Of a DNA stretch of 64,000 nt, positions 42,100 to 54,504 are shown piece after piece. Source of the stretch: Eledone cirrhosa (lineage: Eukaryota); contig OZ024742.1 in assembly GCA_964016885.1 (NCBI GenBank), forward strand, positions 206,460,001 through 206,524,000, in the 5' to 3' direction. Position 1 is the stretch's first letter; the number at the start of each line of letters is the position of its first letter. The notes beneath the pieces were generated by a model. That model was given only the letters and a program-made list of their open reading frames with translations. It did not search any database and was not told the DNA's origin. A program made the translations under genes and the position numbers.

Positions 42100-42490
42100 A
42101 GAGTAAGACACCTGACAATTAGAGTTCAAACCGATCAAAATGTAAAAATCTTTCATCACTAAAGATGAAGTTGATAGTAAAAACTAGAATCTTTTACGAT
42201 AGTAAATATATTTCTATGAGGAACTATATCTTATCAATTCTCTAACCATAAACTCTGACTAAGGTGTGGAAGATTATTAAACATCAGGTATTATCAAATA
42301 GATTCAATTTTATGCCAGTTACCATTGAGACCATCAGTGCCCTCAGTCCCTAGACTACTGTTTTTCTCTTTCAAAATGAGATGAAGGCATTGTGCCAAAG
42401 GAAGGAGGTGGAATGGCTGATGCAGCAGGTATTGCTGGATGTTCTTCATTGTAATGCTTTTACCATCTTTTCCCTGGGGTACAGCTGTCT
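42100..42490 (+). mobile_element. Degenerate CRE-like 3' fragment
   Basis: RFNFMPVTIETISALSP, and GGA.TGG.TGATGCA.CAGGTAT..CTGG shared with 4355-4385. Confidence 0.5.
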
Positions 42491-43577
42491 GTTTTGTTTA
42501 AAATCTTACTTTATGTGTTTTATAAATTCTAAATGAAACCTTTTTCAGTTTCTATCTCAGCAGTACACATGCAATAATATGAGCTAACAAAATAACTTCT
42601 ACACAGTCTGCAGAAATAGCAGTAAAATCTCCCTAATACCACATTCCCCATTTTAGTTATAGAAGGACTTATATTTGTACAAAAAAGATGAGATGCTCAC
42701 AGTTGGAACACTTTTGATTGTCTGCTCAACAAGGTCTTATTTGGGGCTAAACAATAACACGTGAGAGAGCTGTAGTTACTCAACTTCAGTCGTTTTTGTC
42801 TTACCTTTCTACAGAAGAATAGTTTTCCTTTCCCTCATCAATAATGGTATACAATTGGCTAGACGTGGAGCAAGGGATTCTTAACGTGTGAATTCTGAAG
42901 CCAAAAACATTGTAATTTCATGTAAATCTAGACTTCTCGTTATTTTTTATTTTGTTAAATTTATGTGGGCTGCTTTCATTGTTTTGAAATCCTATCCACA
43001 ACTGTGGTATCAAGTTTGCATCTCTTTTTATACTTTAGTTTGTTACTCAAAATTCCTGATCAGTATTGTTTTGGTTTGTTCACATCTGGCACTTCAGTTT
43101 GCTGTTGCTCTTCATCACAAGCTCGTTGACGAGAGAATTTCCTTTTGTTACTCATAAACATACAATTTTATTTATCCCATTTTATTCACAGAGGATATCT
43201 ATTTTCTCTGCTTTTGATTTGATGCTAGGTTTTATTTATTCTACTTAAGTCTATATACCTTTTAGCATAATTTTCCCTTTTTTTTTATTACTTCATAAAC
43301 TTTGTTTATAATATTCTTATCAGAAATTGGAAAGTTGATTCAGATTTTTTATGGTCTCTTTTACTTCCAACGTTTTTTCCCACCATGGCTCTCTTTACCT
43401 TTTTGGTCTTTAAATTCATTGCCTTATATTTTGTTCCCAACTACAGCTTTACCATATTGTATGGTCATTGATATCACTATTATTATTTATTCATATCTTC
43501 TTTTTTTCTGAGTTATCACTAAATTTTCCACTGTCTTGAATTAGATAAAAAGGTTTTGTGGCAATTGTATTGGCTCT

Positions 43578-43948
43578 TTCTGAGTTCAAATCCTGGTGAG
43601 ATCAATTTTGCCTTTCATCTTTCTGGAATAAATTAATACAAAGGTTGATTTAATTGTTTTGCACCTCACATCAAACATTTCTGGCCTTGTGCCTAAATCA
43701 GAGATCCTTATTATTATTATTAATAAGGGTGGTGGATTAGTAGAATTGGTAGAGCAACATGCTTTGCAGCATATAGTTATGGCCCTTTACATTCTGAGTT
43801 TAAATCCCACTGAGGTTAACTTTGCCTTTCATCTTTATGGGGTTGATAAAATAAAGTAGCAGTAATGCACTGGGATAGATTTAATTGACTTTCCCCTCTC
43901 CAAAAATTGTTGGTCTTGTGCCTATAAAAGAAACCATTATTATTATTG
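43578..43948 (+). mobile_element. Two stacked SINE family A copies
   Basis: Both match the family consensus. Confidence 0.8.
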
Positions 43949-43959
43949 ATTGTTTGCAT

Positions 43960-44530
43960 AGTAAATATAATAATTACTGGATCTTCTATTGCCTGTTGAG
44001 TCTCAACAAGGACCTTAGAGAGATTAAGTTCCTGAGGATTTGTGCAGTGTCCAACAGGGCAGTCTTTTGAAGGAGAGCAATCTGTGAGTCAGGGTCTAAT
44101 TGCTTAAGATGCCCTCTCACTTTTTGTAGTATTGAGCTAAAACCTCTGACTACAATTAGAAATCTCTTGATGTTAGGTTGTATTGACAATATTCATGCAA
44201 TCTTGATCTTCAATAATTACTTTTTTCAATTTCTTTCAAGGCTATGTTGTGGTTTCCTGGGATAGTGACATCAATAATCTAGCATGCTCAATTCTAAGTA
44301 TAACTACAATATAAGGTGTTCAAGTCTGCAATCCATTTGGATAGGGAAGTCCCAGAGTATCTTGGGCTGTCTCTGTCATCAAGGACACATATGGGACATG
44401 TTGCTACCACTTATTGGACACTTGATATCCATATTTTCAGCACACTGACCAGTGGAGATACCTACAGATCTAGTCATGACTTCTATTATACTCTTGATGA
44501 CCTATTGTGCATGTACTCACCATGTGGTTA
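43960..44530 (-). mobile_element. Degenerate R4/Dong-like RLE LINE 3' fragment
   Basis: LLQKTALLDTAQILRNL in ORF 43986-44189 parallels LQKACLLGTARTLR at 55590. Confidence 0.65.
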
Positions 44531-44553
44531 ACATTTTATATAATAATGTATAG

Positions 44554-44746
44554 CAGGCATGTCAAACTGAGGGTCCTCGAGGGCCACATATGTGTTGTCT
44601 GAGGGCCACACACGACAACTAATTTCGTACATTACAACTAATATTTTTATAATTTTATATTACGTAGATAAAACATGCTCATGCTGTAAAAACCTTTGTG
44701 CAGGCCGCAGGTGTGCTTGTAAAGGGCCGCATGTTTGACATGCCTG
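44554..44746. mobile_element. hAT MITE
   Basis: Perfect 14-bp TIR CAGGCATGTCAAAC and 8-bp TSD ATGTATAG. Confidence 0.92.
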
Positions 44747-44859
44747 ATGTATAGGATAGTTGCCAGTGTAAAGAACAGGCTAGAAAAAGTTTAGGCAGCT
44801 TGTATTTCTGCTGACAACAAAGGAGCTATCTCTCTTAGATTGAAAAGTTAGACAGTATG

Positions 44860-45660
44860 AAACTCATGTGAACTCCAATGCTACATGGTAATGAGATATG
44901 GGTCTTGACCACAGAAAACCTGCAAAGGCTGAAAAGAAATTAAGTGAATATGCTCAGGTGGATGTGTAATGGCAGTGTGTATGAACGATAAAGTATAAAT
45001 GAGTTGAGATAAAATGTCATGATAAAAATAATTTGATGTAATGCACAAGAAAGAAGACTGGTGGTCTGGAAATGTGATGTGTATAAAAGAAGACAGCTGT
45101 ATAAAGAAATGCAGAGAAATCTCAGTGGATGGGATGCACGGAAGAGGCAGACCTAAGATGACATGTGATGAAGTAATGAAGAACGAATTTAGCAAGCTGA
45201 ATCTCACAACAGAGATGACAAACGATCATGAGGATTGGTGACATATGCTTTGAGAGAAGATCCCTCTGCCATCATAAGAATGTGATCTGTCCTATACCCT
45301 ACACCATTACTCCTTTGTAACTATTCTCACCACCTCTTCATGCCCACTCTAGTCAGAATCACATCCATCTTCCTCAAATCCCCTGTCAAACCCCACCACA
45401 CCTATATTACACCCAGGACATACTCTATACCACTTGAAACTTATGACTTCATACTTGTTATTCCTACCACCTATTGTCACTTATCCAAGACATATTTATC
45501 ATCCCTTTTACCTCCTTCATTCTATTCCCTTCTACCCTCCTCCATTTCCCTATCAGGTAGAGAGGAGGCCCTTTAGTTGAGTCTCTGACCAACAATCTGG
45601 TCGTTGTTTGTAAGAAGGGCATTCAGCTGTAGAAACCACGCCAAAATGGGTTGCGAGGAC
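44860..45660 (+). mobile_element. RTE 3' fragment
   Basis: EDSCIKKCREISVDGMHGRGRPK plus a decayed 3' UTR. Confidence 0.8.
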
Positions 45661-45849
45661 TCTTCAGTTGTATCAAGTACATGAAACCTCTCTAGTGTTG
45701 GTGTTACTCAGTACACTCTGCAGAGTATGGGAAATGTATGAAAGAAAGATGCATGACCCTGATACATCTGAGAGATCAGTAGCCCTGATTATGAACTGAC
45801 TTGGTCTGTGATGATATAAAAAACACACACACTCACACACACACACCCA

Positions 45850-46107
45850 GATGTAACGCATCAACAAACTAAGCACACAACACATAAAAACAAGATGTGT
45901 AGGATAGAACAAAGGAGAGACACAAAATAAAAACCCAGTTACTGAAGAGGTCACAGAAAGTGTGACGAAAGAGCTTTGACAATATATAAACAACTTTTCG
46001 GTTATCGAACCAACCAACCAACCAACCAACCGCAAATTTATGATAAATTGAAGTGAAAATCAACAGGTGCGTGTGTTTTTATTGGCAGCTTGACCCTCCC
46101 AAAGTAT

Positions 46108-46112
<5 letters not shown>
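45850..46112 (+). mobile_element. Solo copy of the 26.5-kb pLTR-like family, with HHR at 45938-45980
   Basis: GTTA-CTGAAGA-gGTCAC agaaagt GTGAC-GAAA-GAGC-TT-TGAC. The copy ends at (TA)n. Confidence 0.8.
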
Positions 46113-46145
<33 letters not shown>

Positions 46146-46324
46146 CTGTTTCTACTTTAGGCACAAGGCCAGCAATTAACCAGTGCATTACTGGTACTTT
46201 ATTTTATCGACCCCGTAAGGATGAAAGGCAAAGTCAACCTCGGCGGGATTTGAACTCAGATCGTAAAGGGACGTAACTATGCTGGAAAGCATGGTGTCTG
46301 ACCCTCTACCGATACTGCCAATCG
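46146..46324 (-). mobile_element. SINE family A
   Basis: Matches the family consensus and is inserted in (TA)n. Confidence 0.85.
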
Positions 46325-46328
46325 ACAT

Positions 46329-46388
<60 letters not shown>

Positions 46389-46604
46389 TTCAAAAAAACT
46401 AATTAACCCACGTGTATATTATTTTACTTTCTTGTGATTCGCGATTGCTTCCCTTTTCCGCTTCGTGACGCTGTGAAATTCCTCAGTCTAAAGAATGCTG
46501 GAATTTCAAATTTGGCGGTCATTATGATGCGTGAAGGGACAACTTAGCTGACACTAAAAATAACTGCGGTAAGAAATTTTTTCTTATATCAAAGTTTGAT
46601 GGGC

Positions 46605-46728
46605 TTCCACTGATGATTTATAAGTGCCCACCTGCATATGTTCTTACAGAAAAATATGTAGGCTTCTACATAAACCGGAAACATTTTCCCAACTTGTAGA
46701 AAACTTATAATGAAACAATTGTTTGGAA
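46605..46728 (+). ncRNA. Type I hammerhead motif with branched helix-II insertion
   Basis: TTCCA-CTGATGA-tTTATAAGT...ACTTATAAt-GAAA-CAATTG-TT-TGGAA. Internal hairpins CCTGCATAT/ATATGTAGG and TTCTACA/TGTAGAA. Confidence 0.82.
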
Positions 46729-47181
46729 AGAGAGATATATTTTAATTTTAATTATATCTCATATAACATAATACAACTGGCTTTCCACAAAATACATATA
46801 GTTAGCACCCCAAACACAAAATTGGGATTATACTAACGTATATCCTAATGTTTGTTGAGTGAGATGGTAGCCAGTCCGAGTTTAGCTTAAAGCTTTCTCT
46901 GTTATTGTATTAAATATATATATATATATATATATATATACTATAAAGTTATAACTGTATAAGTACAGAGTGTGTATGTTACCAAGACTGCACCAGTGTG
47001 TATAAATATAAACACAGATCTAATTTGGAGGTATGTAAACATGCTAGAAAATACAAGTTTCCCTATAAATTGAAAAAATGATAAACATATTTAGGATATT
47101 TATCATGAAGATGTTTATTAATTTTTTCAATTTACAATGAGATTCCTATTTTGTGAAATGTTTACATTCCTCCAAATTAAA

Positions 47182-47425
47182 TATTGTGGGTTTAATTCCT
47201 GGGCTGGGTTGTGGATTATGTTATTGAGCAAAACACTTAATTTCACATTGATCCAATATACTCAGTATACTTAGCTGAAATGAGCACCAGCAATAGTTGG
47301 GGCTTTAACCCTGCAATGGACTGGCTTGCTGTCCAGAGGGAGTCTTTTACTCTCAGTCTCTTAATGCCAAGAAACTGGGAAAAGCACCAGCCTGACAAGC
47401 CTCCTGGCTTGAGTCAGACTTTAGA
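47182..47425 (+). mobile_element. CORE-like SINE with a third tail type, 5'-truncated
   Basis: Similar to 50451-50740. Confidence 0.8.
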
Positions 47426-48342
47426 TATACAGGGTGAGTAATAAGTAACCAGATAAAATCATTGAACGTTTATTGCAAGGTTTACATATGATTTTTTTAA
47501 CATCTGCTTCAAAATGTATAGAGGAATGGAGTAAGCTTTTCGAACACTTACTTTAATTATATTTTTTTCAACTACTTTTGTTTGTTGTATTTATAATTTT
47601 GTACTGCATGACCAGAATTTTAGTAAATATCATTTGAAATATATATGTTGTACTTTTCGGTTACTTATGACACATTGGTGCTGTCTCGGTTACTCAGTTT
47701 GTATTTATACAGATATAACTTCGACTGCTAGTGCACTTCTCACTATATATATATATATATATACACACACAATAATCTTCCACACAGTTTCCATCTACCA
47801 AATTTCACTCATAAGGCATCAGAACTAGAGAAGAAAACATATTGCCCAAGGTACTATGCAGTGAGACTGAACTTGAAATCATGTGATTATATAAATCATG
47901 TATATATATATCTATATATGTCTTTTGTTCTTTTACTGGTTTTAGTCATCAGATTGTGTGACACCATGGTAGATATGATTCGAGGTTATAGTTGATTATA
48001 TCAACACCTATACATCACTGATACTTATTTTGTCAATTGTGAAATAAAGAGGGACAAAGCCAACTTGCGTAAAATTCCAAATTCCAGCTAAAGAAACATA
48101 ATTAAATACCATAGAGAAATTTCTCCTACATTCTACTTACTCTGTTATCTGCTTGTGGTGTGTGTGTATGTATATAAATATACATATACTTACACAAGCA
48201 TACACACGTGTGTATATTATATATATATATACACACATGAGGCTAGCTTTGCCTGTCATCCTTAAAATATATCACCAGTAATGTACTGGGGTCAATTTAA
48301 TCGACTTTCCCCTCCCCTTCAAATTGCTTGTAGTAACAATCA

Positions 48343-48435
<93 letters not shown>

Positions 48436-48441
<6 letters not shown>

Positions 48442-48816
48442 GACCCGCCTTGCCTATGTACAAAGCGAAACCTACAATCAGCAGGCACCTCTTAACCAAA
48501 TATACACCCCAATCCACTACCCCTACCCTATCCTCCCACTCCCACCAACAGCACGAGATAATGAGATCGAGATCGTGTAGGTGTCACAACAAAAAACACA
48601 CACAGTCCACGCTGTAATGTGGTCGTGTAGGTAACACAGTAAAAATGTGGTTGGTGTTAGGAAGGGCATCCAGCCGTAGAAAACCTGCCAGATAGTCCTA
48701 TATGAGTGAGACACGGTCACCCGACCAAACTTGCCTCAAGTGGGACAACTCCCATCTAACTCATGCTAGCATGGAAAATGGACGTTAAACGAAGATGATG
48801 ATGATGATGATGATGA
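48436..48816 (+). mobile_element. RTE 3' UTR fragment
   Basis: Similar to 34025-34480, with a (GAT)n tail. Confidence 0.85.
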
Positions 48817-48824
48817 TATATATA

Positions 48825-48902
48825 TAGGCTATCCCCAAAAATGTATACACACTTCAACAGCATTCTAATAAAAGTATGTAAACATTTTTGGGGGACATCC
48901 TG
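48825..48902. mobile_element. Very short Tc1-like MITE
   Basis: CCCCAAAAATGTATACACACTT / AAGTATGTAAACATTTTTGGGG. Confidence 0.6.
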
Positions 48903-50450
48903 TGTACATATATATACATTATACAGACACAGATACATGCACATATACTCTCTCACACCACACACACATGTCTCTATATATATATATATATATGTGTATA
49001 TGTGGATGTATACTGTTTTTCTTTTTTGTTATTTGTTGAGTCTCTAAACAGAAGAGTATGGACAGTTGTGAAAGTTCATTTAAAGTGAAGGTAGTGTAGT
49101 GTTATCTAGGTGACTCCCTAATCACTGATAGGGGATATCATGGCATCTCATTAGTTTAATGACTGTTTTACTATTTCACTGTTAAGATTCCCAAAATACA
49201 AGATATTTTGGGAACCATTGTCCTGATTAACATTCTCACACCAAACCACCCACTCTCACTCTCTTTCTCTGTATAAGATGTTAACTGCATGACCTATTTA
49301 TGGTACATTTATGGTGAACAATGTTGAATAAGTGGTAAAATTCTAGACAAGAAAAGTTCATGACATGGTTTTCAATTTCTAATTGTGATAATTTTTGTTA
49401 CACATTTTTTTTTTTGCTTATTCCATTTGTAAAGCCATGAACAGCACATCATCCATTATTTTTATTGCTTTCTTTTAAAGCCAGTCAGGTATCATCGACC
49501 ATAGACTAGCAAACTGTAGGGTAGAGTATCAGTCAAAATGGCTGGACTATTTAGTTTAGGTCCTGTTCATTGAGTTCAACTTTATCTTTCATCTTTCTGT
49601 TGTTGATAAAATAAAGTCCTAGTCAACTATTGGAGGTTGATTTAATAATCTTATACAAAGTGCGAGATGTGTATAGAATTATTAAAGAAGACTAATGGAC
49701 ACTTCTGAATATAAATGGTTAAAAAGAAAATACAAATAATTACAATTTCAGTGATTATTGTGTGAAATAAAGAAAATTTTAGTTTATATCATCATTTTAC
49801 ACATATTTTACCATATTGGAATGAAATATTAGACATAATAGAGGAGTATGTTGTGACAGTGAAATATAGGTAGAAGATAATCTGGATGACCTACAGCAGA
49901 TAGCATCAAACAAACCTTTACATGATAATTCAACTTGCAAGAAATACACTTTTCCTTCTTAAAATATCTCATAAGAATTTAACAGAAAATGTCTAAACCT
50001 GTTTTTTTTTTAATTAAAATTCTTTAGTATCTTTTCCTTGTGGACATAAAATGGCTGCAAAAATCTGCAAGGACTTTAATTTTTAATATGATGCAGTCAT
50101 AGTTGTGTTTTATACATATTAATAATGTTTTGTTAATGTTGTTTCATGTGATATAGAATGTTAACAGTTAAGAGAGGAAAGGCATGCTGGATAATGCATT
50201 CTTGAAAATACTGATCATAACTGGATTGTCTGAGAAACACAGCTCAGCTGGGTTGGAGCTGACTTGGGACAAAACAAAAGCAACTGAAGAACAATTTCAT
50301 CTGGTTTTTCTTTTATTCAGAGAAAGATGTCTTTGGTCTGGTTTTAAGCAAAAGCACCTTTGTCTTTCTCTGCCTCCACTAAGGGGCAAGAACCCAAAAT
50401 ATTACACCTCTCTTCTGATGATAATTGAATGTATTGATATATGAAATATA

Positions 50451-50740
50451 GTGGAGGTGCATGGTCTAGTGGTAAGGGTGTTGGACTTACGGTTATAATT
50501 TTGTGGGTTTGATTCCTGGGCTGGTTGTGTGTTGTGCTCTTGAGCAAAACACTTCATTTCACATTGCTCCAGTATACTCAGCTGAAAAATGAATACCATC
50601 AATAGCTGGGGGTTTAACCCTGTGATGGACTGGCATCCTATCAAGTGGGGAGTCTTATACCCTCAGTCGCTTTATGCCATGAAACCAGGATAAGCACCGG
50701 CCTAACGAGAATTCTGGCTTGAGACAGACTTTAGACTTAG
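50451..50740 (+). mobile_element. CORE-like SINE with V-domain-like segment and (GACTTA)n tail
   Basis: tRNA head, shared core and AACCCTGTGATGGACTGGCATCCTATC. Confidence 0.8.
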
Positions 50741-52499
50741 ATATATAAAAACTTCCATTTGTCTTGTAATGTTAGCAAAGTTGCTGAATTACAACTCTTG
50801 CAATGGCATGCAGAGATTTGGTCAAGCCTAGAGCCAATTTCTTGATTGCCTGCCCTTAAAACTCAGATATAGGGCCTAATAAGGAGAAATGTGAACAAGG
50901 AAGACATTTCAAATATGTAAAAACAGATGAAATATGAAATAAACACTTCAAATCAGCCACATAAGTTTGTCTGAGCATAAGTATTGAAATTCGAGTTAAT
51001 AAATTTCTCATCCTTTTGACCTGGCAGAAAACTAGGTACAGATTTTGGAATGGTGTTTGAAAAATCTATGTAGGCACAGTATTCAATAGCCATATTGAAG
51101 AAAAGCCTGTGTGACCCTTTGGTTAGATGCCCCTACCACCTGCAATGATATGTATGTCCAGGGTCATCACACCCTTGCCCTTCCCATTCTGCATGTTACT
51201 GACTTCTTGTGCACCCTGCTTTCCCCTCTCTCACCACAACCTCTTCCTATCACCTCTTCATACATATCTCCCTGATGGCAATCCTTTCGATTTTGAATAT
51301 GACCATTCTCTGATTTATATCAGTTCTTCTTAGTGATGGTCTATAATGACGACAACCAACCATATGAGAATTCAATAGGACAGTTCATTAAGTGCATTTG
51401 CTGTGAATTGTGTAGAATGTACATTTTCAGTTCTTGCCTTCTTCCCTCTTCAACAAATTACAAGGTCTAAACTGTTAGACTCTATATCCTCCACTGCAAA
51501 TAAACTTATTGAACTCTGCTAGCAAACTCCTATCTTATCAACATATATATATATATATATACATGCCACTGTGACATAGTTGGGGTGGGGGTGGAATATA
51601 ATGAAAAAAAAAACTAAGACAAAAAAATTGTAATTATTTATTTATCCTTCTATCTAATTAATGTTGGGTTGGAGGTGGGGAAATGTAATCAAAGCATCAG
51701 CTGCAACATAAAGGCAGAAGACGAGGTGGGAATAAAAGGAGCAGGGGTTGGTGTGAGAATGCATATGTTTTTCGTTTTTTTTCCTTTTTGTATTTGTACT
51801 TCTTCATCGTACTGAATGAATCTCTTGCTTTTTAATATATTTTATTTGCTATTTTTCATTTTTTCACGTTTATTTATTTATTCATTTATTATTCTTTTAC
51901 AAAGATTTTTTTTCTGTTGAATCAAAAGATTACCCCCTCCCCACCATTGATGCTTCCCTCAATAATTTCTGATACTATGATAATAATAATAAAAAAATTG
52001 ATAAAGAACAAAGGCATTAAAATTAAATTAAAATGAAAAAAAGAAAGAATTCATCATTGAATGGTTATGCAAGCTAATGCATTATATCCTATTTTCTTTC
52101 CTCTCTCTCTCAACAATATTACTATAACTTATTCTGCAGTTGTTGTCACCACATATCTTGCCCTACAAGCTAATGAAAGAATCAATGTGGTCATCCAACA
52201 TGCCATAACTAGTAGCCAAATATTTCACATCATGCCCTAAAAGAAAAAGACGTTTACATTTCAACATTTAGCATGGTCATAGCTACAAATACTTTTGATA
52301 ATACTTTTACTGAATCAGGACCAGCCAGAGGTTATACAGCAACAAGTTTTAAAACCTAATTATTATCATATGAGATCCAACAGTATTGGAGGTTTGTTAC
52401 AATTAGTCCTGAGTTCAAACCTCACTGAGACCACAGTTTGTCCCCCCCCCCCCCCCCTTGGAGTAAGTAGCTTGACAAAGCAGTAATATGTCAGTGATA

Positions 52500-52797
52500 T
52501 GATTTCTAAATTAGGCACAGGCAAAATGAGATATACAGGAAGGTGTGGAAGGTGTGGAAAAGGAAAGTCTGGAAACTAAAAGACCTTTCACTAAAATATA
52601 AATTTAGGAAAGCCCTTCAAGATGTGTATGATGAGAAAGAAGACGTTTTAGATTCGTATGACATAGATGATGACTGGAATTTCTTATGTGACAGCTTACT
52701 GCAGGCTACTGAATAAACTTGTGGCTGGAGTAAAGCTCCAACCAGACAGAGAATGAGCTGGTGGTGGAACAACACGTTAGATAGGGCCATTAGAGAC
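52500..52797 (+). mobile_element. RTE linker-region fragment
   Basis: KVWKLKD..WNFLCDSLLQATE.TCGWSK..WWN, as in ORF 26984. Confidence 0.75.
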
Positions 52798-53985
52798 AAT
52801 GATGACACTTCACCATCATACATGATCCTGGGCTGCTCTCACCACTTCAATCCAGTTGGCTTCCAGTTTTCTTAATTCAGCCTCAGTGTCAGACCTCCAG
52901 CTGCTGTGGAGTTGGCCTCTTTAACTCTTACCCTGTGGGTTCCGGGTCAAGGCTTAGAGTGTGGTGTTGAATGCTGTTTTCCTGAGGGTATGTCCAATCC
53001 AGCTCCACTTCTTCCACAGAATCTGCTTTGTCATTGGTTTCTATCCCACATGCTCCAATAGATCTTTGTTTCTGATCTTCTCTGGCTATTTGATTTTGTA
53101 GGTGTGCTTTAGACAGATGTTGATGAATGTCTGGATCTTATGCTGCATCTTCTTTGTTGTTCTCCAAGTTTCACATCTGTACAGCAGTACCACCTTCATG
53201 TTGCAGTTGAAGATGTAAAGTTTAGTTCTTGGGCAGATCTCTTTTGATGCCAGACGTTCTTTAGCATGAAGAAAGCTGCTCTTGCTTTGCCAATCCTAGC
53301 TGTGACATCTCGGATGGTTCCCCCGTGTCAATCAACCACACTTCCCAGGTAGACAAATAACTTCATCTCTCTCTGATGCACTTTCCACCGACTGTGACTG
53401 GTGTGCTGTCAGTAATGTTGATCTTCATCAGCTTAGTCTTTTTTTTCTTGTTGTTCTTGAGCCCTGTCCTGGCTGATGTGGTCACCAAGTGTGAGGTCTT
53501 GTCCTGTATCTGGTTGTAACTGTGTGACAAGAGTCAGTACCAGGCAAGGTACTCAACAGAGTACTACTGGAGAAGATAAGGAAAGCAGTCAACCTCAAGG
53601 TCCGGTATCAGCAAGCGAGATTCCGCAAGAACAGATCCTGTACTGATCAGATCACCAGCTTATACATAATTGTGGAGCAGTCACTGACGTGGAATTCCCC
53701 ACTCTACATCAATTTCATAGACTACGAGAAAGCATTTGATAGTGTGGACAAAGACACTGTGGAAGCTGTTGATGCACTATGGAATGTCTGGGAAGATCAT
53801 CTCCCTCATCATGTCTGTGCACTTACCAAGATATGAACTGTAAGATCGGCTGCACTGGCCAACTAGCAGAGAGTCTCAAGGTAAAGACCAGAATTCATCA
53901 GGGGTGCTTGCTGTCACTGTTACTTTTCCTCCTGGCCATTGACTGGATAATGAAAACCAATATAACACACAGGAACAATGGTATA
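52798..53985 (-). mobile_element. RTE LINE (distinct family) with inverted 5' segment
   Basis: Minus strand 53535-52798 begins LLSHSYNQIQDKT (just after FADD). Plus strand 53540-53985 encodes FIDYEKAFDSV..QGCLLS..NNGI (just before FADD). Confidence 0.85.
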
Positions 53986-54006
53986 TGTTCTTGTCACTCA
54001 GTTAAG

Positions 54007-54044
<38 letters not shown>

Positions 54045-54162
54045 TAGATGGGGTATTTAATTTGTTGGAAGTCCCACAAATATAAATGAGCACTTAACAG
54101 TTTACTGGAGTAAATATTCAATGATATTAAATAAATGGAAACTATATTTATAAAACCATATT

Positions 54163-54226
54163 TATTTTATTATATATATTTCAAGGGTTCCAAGACAACA
54201 TTGGTATGCTTTCATCAGATAAAATA
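54163..54226 (-). ncRNA. Type I hammerhead motif (left arm)
   Basis: Mirror image of 54361-54424. Confidence 0.72.
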
Positions 54227-54360
54227 TAAAGTTTGTTTTATAAATAGAGACATACCCATGAAAATCATACCTTATCAGTTGGAAATTCACTGGATAGTGA
54301 ATTTCCAACTGATAAGGTATGATTTTCATGGGTATGTCTCTATTTATAAAACAAACTTTG

Positions 54361-54424
54361 TATTTTATCTGATGAAAGCATACCAATGTTGTCTTGGAAC
54401 CCTTGAAATATATATAATAAAATA
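54361..54424 (+). ncRNA. Type I hammerhead motif (right arm)
   Basis: TATTTTAT-CTGATGA-AAG..CCAA tgttgtc TTGG..CTT-GAAA-TATATA-TA-ATAAAATA. Helix I is 8 bp and helix III is palindromic. Confidence 0.72.
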
Positions 54425-54468
54425 AATATGGTTTTATAAATATAGTTTCCATTTATTTAATATCATTG

Positions 54469-54499
<31 letters not shown>

Positions 54500-54504
<5 letters not shown>

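Larger units (their letters stand above)
54119..54468. repeat. Near-perfect 350-bp palindrome carrying an HHR on each strand
   Basis: Arms 54119-54291 and 54296-54468 with loop GGAT. I saw one mismatch. The mirrored ORFs 54135+ and 54452- confirm the symmetry. Confidence 0.97.

Noticed and set aside
50404-50455. CTGATGA...GAAATATA next to a SINE insertion
   Set aside because: Helix II does not pair convincingly. It is at most a destroyed HHR.
54135-54452. Two near-identical 96-aa ORFs on opposite strands
   Set aside because: They are a by-product of the palindrome and have no recognisable domain.
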